DNA of 53,033 nt from Candidatus Fermentibacterota bacterium (GTDB lineage Bacteria; JAFGKV01). The notes beneath the pieces were generated by a model. It saw only the letters and a program-made list of their open reading frames with translations, did no database searches and had not been told where the DNA came from. Position numbers and translations under genes: made by a program. The first letter of the stretch is position 1, and the number at the start of each line of letters is the position of its first letter. Of this stretch, positions 19,193 through 28,404 are shown in pieces. Where the stretch lies: positions 62,001 through 115,033 of the forward strand of contig JAFGKV010000036.1 in assembly GCA_016928395.1 (NCBI GenBank). Reading direction: 5' to 3'.

Positions 19193-21373
19193 TCAGAACT
19201 GGTAGAAGACCCTTGTTCGCCAGCGTCGGCCGGGCTCGGGGTATCCCCAGCGATCAAAACCTTTCTGGTCGAACAGATTCTCCCCTGCGACGCCGAAGAG
19301 CAAGGTTCGCAGTAGGTGCACCTGGGCACCCGCACCGACCTGGAACGCCGCATTGGACGAGCGGCGATTGGCGCGATCCACAAACACCTCGCCCCGGGCC
19401 CGGGCCTCCATGCTCATACTCCACCCATTCCGGATGTGACTTACCGCTGTCGCACTCATGGTCCACACAGGCCAGCCTGGTAATCGATTACCGCGATAGT
19501 AGGGGGCCTGAGAGCGATCCTCCGTGCGCTGGACGGCGCCTGCGAAATGCGCGATCAGCGCTCCGTGACCACGCAGTGTCGCGGCAAGCTCAAGGCCCCT
19601 CATGCGGGCCTCGCCAATGTTCTCCGGCATGACGACCTTGGGAGATCTTAGCCAGAACTGAATCAGGTCGGTCACCGTCTTGTGATACAAGGCCAGGCGC
19701 AGGGTCTCGCCAGAGGACGCCAGGACCGCCTCGAACTGCAGGCTTCGCTCAGGTGTGAGGCCAGGGTTGCCTCGGATGCTTCCTGCATTGCCCAGCAGCT
19801 CGATCAAGGCGGGAGGACGCCCTTGGGCCGAGGCCGATACCAGGAGGGAACCGTACCCGGTCAACTCAAGTTCGCATGCCGCGCGGCCTGTCTTCAGCTC
19901 ATGAAGCACACTCTGGTCTTCTCCCCAATTCCGAAAGCCTAGCACGCTTCCCTCGGCCCGCCAGCGTACCGGTAGCCCCGGGCACCAGGTGAGGCCAAGA
20001 CCCTCGCTCAGGGTAACCCTCCCCTGGCTTTGCCGGTGCAAGCCCGGAGTCTCTGCGACAATTCCCTCAACTCTCATCTCCACACGGGCATCGGGCCGGA
20101 TCGCCCCCTCCTCCCGGGCGCCGTACAAACTGACTCCGCCTCCGCGGCTCCGATTGATGACGGAACCTGCCATGTGGGAAAGCTCCGCTTCCGGATCATC
20201 CACTTCACTGCACGTCCATTGGGCGAATCCCAGCAGGGATCCTTTCCAACCCCGAGCAACCGGACGCACATGCCGAAGCGCCAATCGCAGGGCCTGGCTC
20301 GTATGGCGCGCGTACCGGACGGGATCGGCCCCGGTCCCCGGGACCCCCTCCCGGCGGTCCGACGCAAGCGAGGTAAGCACCCAACGGGGGCCGTCCTCAA
20401 GCCCTATGGCCGACTTCACCAGGAGATTGAGGGTCTCGACCCTGCTGTTAGCGCGAACACGAAGGGTATCGTCACTATGGTTGAGAGGCGTGGCATTGTC
20501 GTCCATGTAGCCAAAGTCATTGTCTTGCACCAGGGCCTCCAGGCCCGTCCATATCCACCCGTCCGGCCACGGCACGGTGACTCCGAAACCGGCATCTCGT
20601 CGCCCCAGACTGCCAACACCCAGCCTCGCCCGAAGCCGTTCTTGGGGGCGCGGCGATATGGTCTCCAGGGCCAGGGCCCCTCCGAGGGCGCCACCCCCCA
20701 AAGAGAGGGGAGCCCACCCCTGATACACGATGAGTTGCTCCAGAACGCCCGGGAGAATCCCGCTCATGTCGGCCCCACCAAGGCGGGCGTCGGATAGGGG
20801 TATCCCGTCCAGCCAAGCCTCAGTCCCGGCGGATCCGGAGCCCCGCAGTCCTACGAAAACGCCCCCACCGACCTTGTCGACCTCAACTCCCGCAATTCGA
20901 CCCAGAGAGGAGGCCATGCTCTCGTCGTCCGCCGATGTGGAGCATACCACGGCGGCATGACACCATACTCCGGAAACTTCCCGGCTCTCCACGATCTGCA
21001 CGGCGGGCAAGGGGAAGGGCGCCCGGGTGAGCAGCACACTGATGGTGTCAGACGCAGCCAGGATAGTATCAACAGCAGAATAGCCGGTCCTGACAATCCT
21101 CACAGGGACGGGCTGATCCAAAGCGGTAACCCACGCATTCCCGGAGGAATCCGTCGTCGCGACGATGCCCTGGCCTGCCTCGATCAGGGCCATGGCCACG
21201 GGGGCGTGGGACTCACTCTCCCGCACCTGTATCAGTACCACGCGGGGCTCTGACAAGGCCCAGGTCGCTGCCACGGCCAGGCTACACCCCAGAGCACCCC
21301 ATCGCCATACCCTCGACGCATTCGGGAGCCGGAGACGACTCGCGAAGCGGACGGGTAGGAACACAGATCGCAT
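19193..21373 (-). CDS. btuB: TonB-dependent receptor, probably a cobalamin transporter
   Basis: N-terminal carboxypeptidase-regulatory-like domain, plug (LRGSG...WLDGIPL, GGALGGAL), GNPGLTPE, ENLFD...PGR, terminal Phe; under a B12 riboswitch. Confidence 0.85.
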   Translation of the reverse strand: MRSVFLPVRFASRLRLPNASRVWRWGALGCSLAVAATWALSEPRVVLIQVRESESHAPVAMALIEAGQGIVATTDSSGNAWVTALDQPVPVRIVRTGYSAVDTILAASDTISVLLTRAPFPLPAVQIVESREVSGVWCHAAVVCSTSADDESMASSLGRIAGVEVDKVGGGVFVGLRGSGSAGTEAWLDGIPLSDARLGGADMSGILPGVLEQLIVYQGWAPLSLGGGALGGALALETISPRPQERLRARLGVGSLGRRDAGFGVTVPWPDGWIWTGLEALVQDNDFGYMDDNATPLNHSDDTLRVRANSRVETLNLLVKSAIGLEDGPRWVLTSLASDRREGVPGTGADPVRYARHTSQALRLALRHVRPVARGWKGSLLGFAQWTCSEVDDPEAELSHMAGSVINRSRGGGVSLYGAREEGAIRPDARVEMRVEGIVAETPGLHRQSQGRVTLSEGLGLTWCPGLPVRWRAEGSVLGFRNWGEDQSVLHELKTGRAACELELTGYGSLLVSASAQGRPPALIELLGNAGSIRGNPGLTPERSLQFEAVLASSGETLRLALYHKTVTDLIQFWLRSPKVVMPENIGEARMRGLELAATLRGHGALIAHFAGAVQRTEDRSQAPYYRGNRLPGWPVWTMSATAVSHIRNGWSMSMEARARGEVFVDRANRRSSNAAFQVGAGAQVHLLRTLLFGVAGENLFDQKGFDRWGYPEPGRRWRTRVFYQF

Positions 21374-21382
21374 TGCGGTGCG

Positions 21383-22732
21383 CTAGTGGATGACCAACGG
21401 TGTCGTCCAATGGATGCCGGGGCCGCTGACCCGCACCACATAGGTGCCGGTCGAAAGCTCTCCACAGCATTCTCTGAGGTCAAAGCTGGCACTCAGGCTG
21501 TTCAGGGTCGCCCGAACCATGCGCCGTCCCGCGTGGTCATACAGGGCGAATGTCGCGTCTGCCGACGGTCGGTTCAGGCAAAGATGAATACGGCCCAAAG
21601 TCGGGTTGGGCCACACCCGTGCAATACTGTTGACCGAAGGGCCGATGGCTGTGGCCGGTGTCACTACCGCACCACACATCGGGGGAAGACCAGTTGACAC
21701 GGGGCCGCACACCGTCAGCCCAGTGGAAGCATCGATAAGCAGCACCCCTGCCTGGGATGGATCCGCCCACGTTCCTTGATCAGCCACATACAGGATGCCT
21801 TCGTGCACCAGCATATCAGGGATGTACCCGCCGCTAGGGCCGGGGAGCGGCAGACCTAAAATCCCAGTGGCGAGATCGCAGGGCACCACCGCATTGCTCC
21901 AATCGGGATAGCTGACCGCGAGGTACGCTGTCTGCCCAAATGCCGCGATGCCGCCCACATTGGCCCCCACGGCCTGCTCGTCCATGATCACCGTAACGTG
22001 GTTCAAGGCCAGATCAACGGCGACCACGGCACCGTCATCGTACGTGTTCCAGTTACCTGTGCACGGGAGGTACGCGGTTGATCCCACCTGCGTCACGGCG
22101 GTGGGATTGGCCGCGGGCAGCCACAACGGATCCGCCTCAGGAGTTGCCGGATCCATGTCAACCGGTTGCCCCGAGTAGGCATCTAGGACGGCCAGACACC
22201 CCGGCCCCGCCGGGTCCATCATCGGGGTGTTCCGGTCAAGGCGTTGGCAGACAATGTAAACCCGCTCACCATGTCGGATGATGCGCGTGGCCTCCGGGAT
22301 GCCGTCGGCATCGGCGAAAGGGGAAAGATCCACCGTATCCACGATCTCCCCGGTGATCGGGTTCACGATGAGCATCCACGACCTCTCGAACAGGGTGATG
22401 AACGCTCGGTCTGGAGCGACGGTGAGCATGTCTTGGGGGTTGGTGCCATTGCCCGTGGAGTACTGGTGAACGACGCTGGCAAGCCCCGTGGCATGCAACA
22501 CCGTGACATTGTCATATCCGAGCCTGCCCACCACGAAGACATACCCTTCCCCGCTGCGGACCACCGCATCTCCTGGAACGGGCACGGGGACTTCCCCGGC
22601 AGCGCATTCACCCGCGGTTTGGGCTGCAAGACCACCGGTGGAGAAATCGGTAGTCACCCACACGATATCCGAGGCGTGTGCCGCCAAAGTGAAGGGAAGA
22701 ATACAGCCGGTGAGGAGTCGGACTGGGCGCAC
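21383..22732 (-). CDS. Secreted beta-propeller protein with T9SS type A C-terminal sorting domain; probable cobalamin-binding protein
   Basis: Signal peptide; YncE-like blades (GTNPQD, VDTVDLSPFADADGIPE); CTD VWPNP...LYDHAGR...LSTGTYVVRV...LVIH; AGGAGG RBS. Confidence 0.8.
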   Translation of the reverse strand: MRPVRLLTGCILPFTLAAHASDIVWVTTDFSTGGLAAQTAGECAAGEVPVPVPGDAVVRSGEGYVFVVGRLGYDNVTVLHATGLASVVHQYSTGNGTNPQDMLTVAPDRAFITLFERSWMLIVNPITGEIVDTVDLSPFADADGIPEATRIIRHGERVYIVCQRLDRNTPMMDPAGPGCLAVLDAYSGQPVDMDPATPEADPLWLPAANPTAVTQVGSTAYLPCTGNWNTYDDGAVVAVDLALNHVTVIMDEQAVGANVGGIAAFGQTAYLAVSYPDWSNAVVPCDLATGILGLPLPGPSGGYIPDMLVHEGILYVADQGTWADPSQAGVLLIDASTGLTVCGPVSTGLPPMCGAVVTPATAIGPSVNSIARVWPNPTLGRIHLCLNRPSADATFALYDHAGRRMVRATLNSLSASFDLRECCGELSTGTYVVRVSGPGIHWTTPLVIH

Positions 22733-22857
22733 GTGAACCTCCTGTGGCGCGAGGAGCCAAGTTTTCCCGAGGAGGGATCAGGAGGAGCCCACGTGCGAGC
22801 ATAGAGAGGGGGTCCCGCCTTCTCCCCGGCCTCGGGGGAAAGGATGCGGCTGCGCGA

Positions 22858-23015
22858 CGCAGGCAGGTCTTCTGGCTCGTGGGTCATCCTAGTTGCCGCG
22901 CCTTCCCGTGGTTAGACAGTGGCATGTTGCGGCGTTCGTACCCACTCACAGCGGCGGCCCCGCGACGGATTCTCACCGTCTTCCCTCAAAAGGCCCTTGG
23001 GGCGCCTGTATCGCT
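22858..23015 (-). ncRNA. Cobalamin (AdoCbl) riboswitch
   Basis: Minus strand reads AGGGAAGACGGTGAGAATCCGTCGCGG...CCGCTGTG...GCCACTG...GGGAAGG...GAGCCAGAAGACCTGCC; downstream CTCCT-N8-AGGAG hairpin can hide the RBS. Confidence 0.95.
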
Positions 23016-23039
23016 ACACCAAATAGAACAGATATAGAC

Positions 23040-23068
23040 AGATTAGAACGTGGACGCCCGAAAGTCAA
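23040..23068 (-). promoter_or_regulatory. Sigma70-type promoter for the riboswitch operon
   Basis: TTGACT-17 nt-TAATCT just upstream of the aptamer. Confidence 0.7.
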
Positions 23069-23084
23069 GGGCGCCCAAGAGACG

Positions 23085-23342
23085 TTAGGCCGTCAGGCCT
23101 GCCACGTATTTGGACAGCCGCGACTTGTTCCGCACGGCAGTACCCTGCTTTATCACGCCCTTCTTCGCCGCCTTGTCGATGGCGGACACGACCCGGGGCA
23201 ATAGCACGGCGGCTTCCTCATGATCGGTGGTCTCCCGCAACTTCCGAACCAGACCGCGCATATTGGATTTGACACTCTTGTTTCGAAGGTGCTTCCGCGC
23301 ATCGGAGCGCAAGCTCTTCGCCTGTGCCTTGTGATGAGGCAC
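23085..23342 (-). CDS. rpsT: 30S ribosomal protein S20
   Basis: RNKSVKSNMR...IDKAAKKGVIKQGTAVRNKSRL; AGGAGGTGA RBS. Confidence 0.97.
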   Translation of the reverse strand: MPHHKAQAKSLRSDARKHLRNKSVKSNMRGLVRKLRETTDHEEAAVLLPRVVSAIDKAAKKGVIKQGTAVRNKSRLSKYVAGLTA

Positions 23343-23571
23343 TCATCACCTCCTGACGATGGTAGATGATCTGCATACCCGCAAAAGCGGGCAAATAGCC
23401 CGTTTTCCTTCCATTGGTCAAGAATCACCTCGCACGACTCTCTGGATGGACTTGACATCGCGGCCGACCCGTCTCATCCTACGACAAAGCCCGACACAGT
23501 CGGGCCCTGTGCAGAGTCCAGGGTCAGATTCAGGGTTGAGTCGGGCCTCGGCGTCGCTTCGCTCTCTACGA

Positions 23572-23603
23572 AGATAGGAGTGAGGAGATAGGAGTGAGGA
23601 GAT
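23572..23603. repeat. Tandem repeat (AGATAGGAGTGAGG) x2.3
   Basis: Exact 14-nt unit at 23572-23585 and 23586-23599 plus AGAT. Confidence 0.8.
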
Positions 23604-24120
23604 GGCCGCTGCCTTCTTTTCTTCTGGGCACCCTGTGCGGCTTTGTATGAGACGCTCGCTTCGCTCGGCGCTGTCAACCCTTCGTGCCGGATTTCGTGTT
23701 TCGTGTTTCCCCGTGAGGTGGGCCGTTGCCCACCAACGGGGGCTCACGGCCTGATCTCCCGCACAACTTGGCTTCGCACCCGCGGATGCGGGCTTGGTCC
23801 GGCGCCGTTGGAGGCTGGGGCGGGCCAATTGGCCCAGGTCGGTATCGCTGTCGCAATCGGAATTGACAATGCTGGCATTCGACTACAAGTACGAGTCCAT
23901 GTGCTCTTACACACGGCAATCGCAGTAGCGGGCCCGGCGGCTCGTTCGGAACACGAACGCAGAAGGCTAAATGATGGAGGTGGAGCCTGACACGCGGGAG
24001 CATAGGGCTGAGAGCTAGACGCACTAGCCGATAGCTTGGGAGAAGCTCAGACTGTCAATTGCACACCGTGAACCCTGAGAGCAGTCACCCAAGAAGCCCG
24101 CGAGGCAACGGAGAGGGATT

Positions 24121-24774
24121 ATGGCTTCGGCAAGTATGCTATTCGGTCGAACACGGCAACTGGTGGCGCAGATCGACGTATTCCTTGATGCGGTGAGCCA
24201 GGGCGCCGTGGTGTTCCGACAGGGAGTGGGCGACTACTTGTCCCGCAATCCTTCAGAATTCCAGTGCCGGCTGAACGCCATCGACGAGCTGGAAAGCAGA
24301 GCCGATACCATACGCCGCGAAGTAGAGAACCAACTCTACAGCTATTCGTTGATTCCGGAAAACCGTGGTGACGTCCTGGCCCTACTGGAAACGCTGGACG
24401 ACGTTATCGATACCGCAAAGCGAACCCTGTGCGAGTTTGCGGTGGAGACACCCGACATTCCGGAGGACCTTGCCTCCGGTTACCTGGCCCTGGCCGATGC
24501 ATCCGTGCAGGCCGTCGAGGCGGTTGTCCTGGCAGCCAGGGCGTTCTTCCGGGATGTCCGCTCGGTGAAGGATCATCTCCACAAGGTGAAGTTCTGGGAG
24601 CGCGAGGCCGATCGCATAGGGGAGAGAGTCAAACGACAGGCCTTTGGCCTGTCCGTCGACTTGAGCCGGAAGATCCATCTTCGCTACTTCGCGCTGCACG
24701 TGGGAAACCTCTCCGATGCCGCGGAACGGGTGGCGGACCGACTCGCCATTTACTCCATCAAACGAAGCCTGTAG
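24121..24774 (+). CDS. DUF47 family phosphate transport regulator
   Basis: LESRADTIRR...PENRGDVLALLETLDDV, EREADRI, AAERVAD; upstream of PiT. Confidence 0.9.
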   Translation: MASASMLFGRTRQLVAQIDVFLDAVSQGAVVFRQGVGDYLSRNPSEFQCRLNAIDELESRADTIRREVENQLYSYSLIPENRGDVLALLETLDDVIDTAKRTLCEFAVETPDIPEDLASGYLALADASVQAVEAVVLAARAFFRDVRSVKDHLHKVKFWEREADRIGERVKRQAFGLSVDLSRKIHLRYFALHVGNLSDAAERVADRLAIYSIKRSL

Positions 24775-24784
24775 AGGTTCTCCG

Positions 24785-26149
24785 ATGCTGCTGCTTCTTC
24801 TGTCCGGCAGTATGCTCCTCGGCTGGTCTCTGGGCGCCAATCACGGCGGCAATCTCTTCGGTCCGGCCGTGGGCGCCCGGATGATCCGCTTCACCACCGC
24901 GGCGACAACTTGCAGCGTCCTAGTGGTGATGGGTGCCGTCCTGGGTGGTGCCGGCACTACGGCAACCTTGGGTTCGGTAGGCACAGTAACGGCAACCGGT
25001 GGCGCGTGTGTCGTAGCCCTGGCCGCTGCCGCTACCATAACCCTCATGTCTAGATTTGGCCTGCCCATCTCGACGTCACAAGCCGTGGTCGGGGCCATCG
25101 TGGGATGGAATGCGTTCACCCATACTCCCACAGGCTTCACGTCGCTGAGCGCAATCATCGCGAGCTGGGTCATCGCGCCGTGCATTGCCGCGGCCGTTGC
25201 GGCAGCAGGATACGCTGCCGTGCGCGCCGCCTCGCAGCACTCCCGGCTCCATCTCCTCACCATCGACGCCATGACACGTGCGGGGTTGGTGGTGGTCAGT
25301 GCCTTTGGCGCCTATAGCCTCGGGGCCAACAACATCGCCAATGTGGTGGGAATGTTCGCGGGCGTTGTTCCCTTTCATCCCATTACCATAGCCGGCGTGC
25401 AGGTGTCGCCCTCCCATCAGTTGTTCTTCCTCGGCGGGTGTGCCATTGCCGTGGGGATTCTCACCTACTCCCATCGGGTGGTTCACACGGTGGGAAGCGA
25501 CCTGCTCAAGCTGTCACCCGTGGCGGCCCTTGTCGTGCTTTTCGCACACGGACTCGTCCTCTTTGTGTTCTCATCCCAAGAGTTCAGCCGCGTCTTGCGC
25601 GGTCTCGGGCTGCCGGGGATTCCTCTGGTACCCATATCCAGCTCCCAGGCGGTAACCGGGGCCGTCCTGGGGATCGGGCTGGTCAAGCGGGCGCGAGGAC
25701 TGCGCCTCGGGGTCATGCGGGACATCGCGGCGGGCTGGGTCACTGCTCCGGTTCTTGCGGGTCTGGCTTGCTTTGTGGGGCTCTTCGTTGCCCAAAACGT
25801 GTTTGAGCTGGAGGTCAGCGTGCACTCTGGTCTCAATGGCGTCGGATCCTGTCGCCACCCTGCCCGAGACTTCGGGATACCGATCACTACGCCCGAATCG
25901 TATCGTCTTTTCTGCGCGGAGTCAGAGAGTCTCGGGGATCTGGCCCACTCGTCCCTCCCCCGCGGTGATACTGGCATCCATTCTGCGGTATGCGGTTCGT
26001 TTACTGCTCGCGCGGCACCCTGGGAAGCCGCAATTCGTTCTCCGCAGAATTCGAAAGTAGTCCCGGGACTAAAGACTCGCGTGCGTCGCGTCCTCGCGGC
26101 GGCCACGGTGGCAGCCAAGACTGACGGGGCCGGGAGTCTGTTCGGGTGA
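24785..26149 (+). CDS. Inorganic phosphate transporter (PiT family) with long C-terminal tail
   Basis: GWSLGAN, GLPISTSQAVVGAIVG, YSLGANNIANV, PISSSQAVTGAVLGIG; start moved to ATG 24785. Confidence 0.88.
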   Translation: MLLLLLSGSMLLGWSLGANHGGNLFGPAVGARMIRFTTAATTCSVLVVMGAVLGGAGTTATLGSVGTVTATGGACVVALAAAATITLMSRFGLPISTSQAVVGAIVGWNAFTHTPTGFTSLSAIIASWVIAPCIAAAVAAAGYAAVRAASQHSRLHLLTIDAMTRAGLVVVSAFGAYSLGANNIANVVGMFAGVVPFHPITIAGVQVSPSHQLFFLGGCAIAVGILTYSHRVVHTVGSDLLKLSPVAALVVLFAHGLVLFVFSSQEFSRVLRGLGLPGIPLVPISSSQAVTGAVLGIGLVKRARGLRLGVMRDIAAGWVTAPVLAGLACFVGLFVAQNVFELEVSVHSGLNGVGSCRHPARDFGIPITTPESYRLFCAESESLGDLAHSSLPRGDTGIHSAVCGSFTARAAPWEAAIRSPQNSKVVPGLKTRVRRVLAAATVAAKTDGAGSLFG

Positions 26150-28404
26150 GGGCGTTTCTTTCTTCTCTTCTGCCCTTGTTCCTGGTTGGGTGCACGACCG
26201 TGAGTCCTCCGGGCATCCGCCCGGGTGATTCGGTCTTCGATATCCTCACATCCGGGGAGATCTCCGGCTTCCCTCGCACCAACCTGCCACCCGAGCTCGC
26301 CAGGATGGCCTCCGGGCCATTCACCTTGATCTCTCTTGAGCTGGCGCCTGACCAGTGGATGGAAGCGGGGCTCCCACCCGTTCGCCTGAGATCCGCGATA
26401 GCTGATAATGAGGTGCGGTACTGGAGTGCGCGCCCGTCCGTCCGCGGATGGGACAAGTCATCCCAAGTGCAGATATACCGGCAGGGTATACTCCACTCTC
26501 GATGGAGACCCGCCACTGAACCCTTTCCTGGATGGGATGCGTGGTGGGATCCCTCGGCGGGCGGGCTTTTCGCCCTATCAAGATCGCAGCCTCAAGACGT
26601 GGCGGTGGCCTTCACGGTCCACCCGGGCCGCGAGCTCGCGGAGTATGAGCCGGTGCTCGCGGCCGAGGGAGCGCCCCTGTCGAGAGTGGGAAGCCTCGTG
26701 CGTACCGTCCAACTCGAACGAACCAGTCGCCGAGCGCTGTTCCTCCCTGCCCCGGGGTGTCTCACTCTTCCCCTGGGGAACCTCGCGAGCGACGAAGTGC
26801 GGGTGGTGGTGGGCATCGCGGATCATGCCTACGAATCCTCCGGCGGCGTGATGCGGCAGAGCACAGGTCGAAGCGACGGCGCGATCTTTGCCCTGGAGAT
26901 GTCCACCGGGGGCCGTTGGAAGCGGATCTGGGAGCACACCGTTGGCCAGTCCGATTTGGGCACATGGCATGGTCCATACGCCGTGGACCTTGGCGGCTAT
27001 TGCGGCAAGCGGGCAACCATGAGGCTCGTGACGGAGCCGGGGCCTTCAGACCAACCCTTCTTCGATTATGCCCTATGGGGGGAACTCCGGTTCGCGGGCC
27101 GGGCGAGACATGAACCCCAGCGCCCGCACATCATAGTCATCGACCTGGATACCTTGCGACGAGACCGCGTGGGGTGCCATGGCGCCGCGCGCGGCTTGAC
27201 CCCCAGGATCGACCGATGGGCCCGGCAGGCAACCGTGTACGATGATTGCATCGCGGCCTCCAGCTGGACCTTGCCGTCCACTGTGTCCATGTTCACGGGC
27301 TTGGCGGTCCATCAGCATCGGGTTGACCGTTTTGGCGAAGTCATGACCGAACAGATGGCGCCCGTGCCACTCCAGCTCCAGAGGGCGGGCTACGAAACCA
27401 TCGGCATCGCCGAAGGAGGCTATGTCTCGGCGGATTTCGGATTCAGCCTCGGGTTCGACGTCTATGACTGCACCAGATTCAAGGATCCTCGCTGGTACGA
27501 TGTCCTGGACATGCTTCGCCGGCGGAGAAGCGAACGCCCAGTCTTTCTGTTCCTCCATACCTACATGGTTCACGCCCCCTATCCGTTCGACCCTCGGTTC
27601 GAAAGCCCCTCAAAACCCTACGCCAGCCGCCTGAGGGGCCAGGACATAGAGTATCCCACGGTCATCGAGCCCCACAGCCGGGGCATCATCACGCTCGTTG
27701 AGGAGGACAGGCAGTACATCGCCGACATGTACGATGCCTTGGTCAACCGTGCAGACGAGCATGTCGGCGCGTTCATCGATTCCCTGGGGGAGGCCTTGCG
27801 TGGTCAGCCTTATGCGTTGATTCTGACCTCTGATCATGGGGAGGAATTCCTGGAACACGGGCTCCTGGGGCATGCACAATCGCTGTTCCAGGAGTTGCTT
27901 GCCGTGCCGCTTATCGTGCGGTTCCCGGGCCAGACCCACGGCATGGTGGAGAAACGACCCAGTTCCGGTTTGGATCTAGCTCCCACCATCCTGGACCTGG
28001 CGGGTCTTTCCTTTGATGGTCTGCCCGGATTCTCCCTGCGCTCCCTCCCGCACCCACCCAGGGAACGCATCGGATCCCAGTATCGTTCGGTGCATGCGCT
28101 GGTATTCGAGGGTCTGAAGCTCATCTCAGGACCAGTGGCCAGCCCAAGGGGCCCTTCAGCTCCCGTGCAGCTCTACGACTTGGTTCAGGATCCCGGAGAA
28201 AGGACCGACCTCTACCCCGCCGGGCATGACTCGACCGCCATGTTGGAGGAGCGTCTGGTGGGGATACTTCGATCCAAAGGGCCCCGTGTTCAGCCAACGC
28301 GGCCGAGGCCCGGGTGGACGGGCGACTTGCCGCGCCTTGAGGCCCTCGGCTATGTCGGCCACGATTCGCCCAGGCCCGGGACAGTAGGGTCATCGGCTCC
28401 GTGA
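26146..28404 (+). CDS. Lipoprotein with sulfatase-like/alkaline phosphatase superfamily domain
   Basis: Lipobox LVGC; IDLDTLRRD, WTLPSTVSMFTG, HAPY, TSDHGEEF, VPLIVRFP, LYDLVQDPGE, LEALGYV. Confidence 0.88.
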   Translation: MRAFLSSLLPLFLVGCTTVSPPGIRPGDSVFDILTSGEISGFPRTNLPPELARMASGPFTLISLELAPDQWMEAGLPPVRLRSAIADNEVRYWSARPSVRGWDKSSQVQIYRQGILHSRWRPATEPFPGWDAWWDPSAGGLFALSRSQPQDVAVAFTVHPGRELAEYEPVLAAEGAPLSRVGSLVRTVQLERTSRRALFLPAPGCLTLPLGNLASDEVRVVVGIADHAYESSGGVMRQSTGRSDGAIFALEMSTGGRWKRIWEHTVGQSDLGTWHGPYAVDLGGYCGKRATMRLVTEPGPSDQPFFDYALWGELRFAGRARHEPQRPHIIVIDLDTLRRDRVGCHGAARGLTPRIDRWARQATVYDDCIAASSWTLPSTVSMFTGLAVHQHRVDRFGEVMTEQMAPVPLQLQRAGYETIGIAEGGYVSADFGFSLGFDVYDCTRFKDPRWYDVLDMLRRRRSERPVFLFLHTYMVHAPYPFDPRFESPSKPYASRLRGQDIEYPTVIEPHSRGIITLVEEDRQYIADMYDALVNRADEHVGAFIDSLGEALRGQPYALILTSDHGEEFLEHGLLGHAQSLFQELLAVPLIVRFPGQTHGMVEKRPSSGLDLAPTILDLAGLSFDGLPGFSLRSLPHPPRERIGSQYRSVHALVFEGLKLISGPVASPRGPSAPVQLYDLVQDPGERTDLYPAGHDSTAMLEERLVGILRSKGPRVQPTRPRPGWTGDLPRLEALGYVGHDSPRPGTVGSSAP

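Noticed and set aside
23418-24024. Several 67-136 aa ORFs between rpsT and DUF47
   Set aside because: They translate short DNA repeats (SPHSYLLTP, ETRNTK, VGIAVAIGID); no RBS or homology signal
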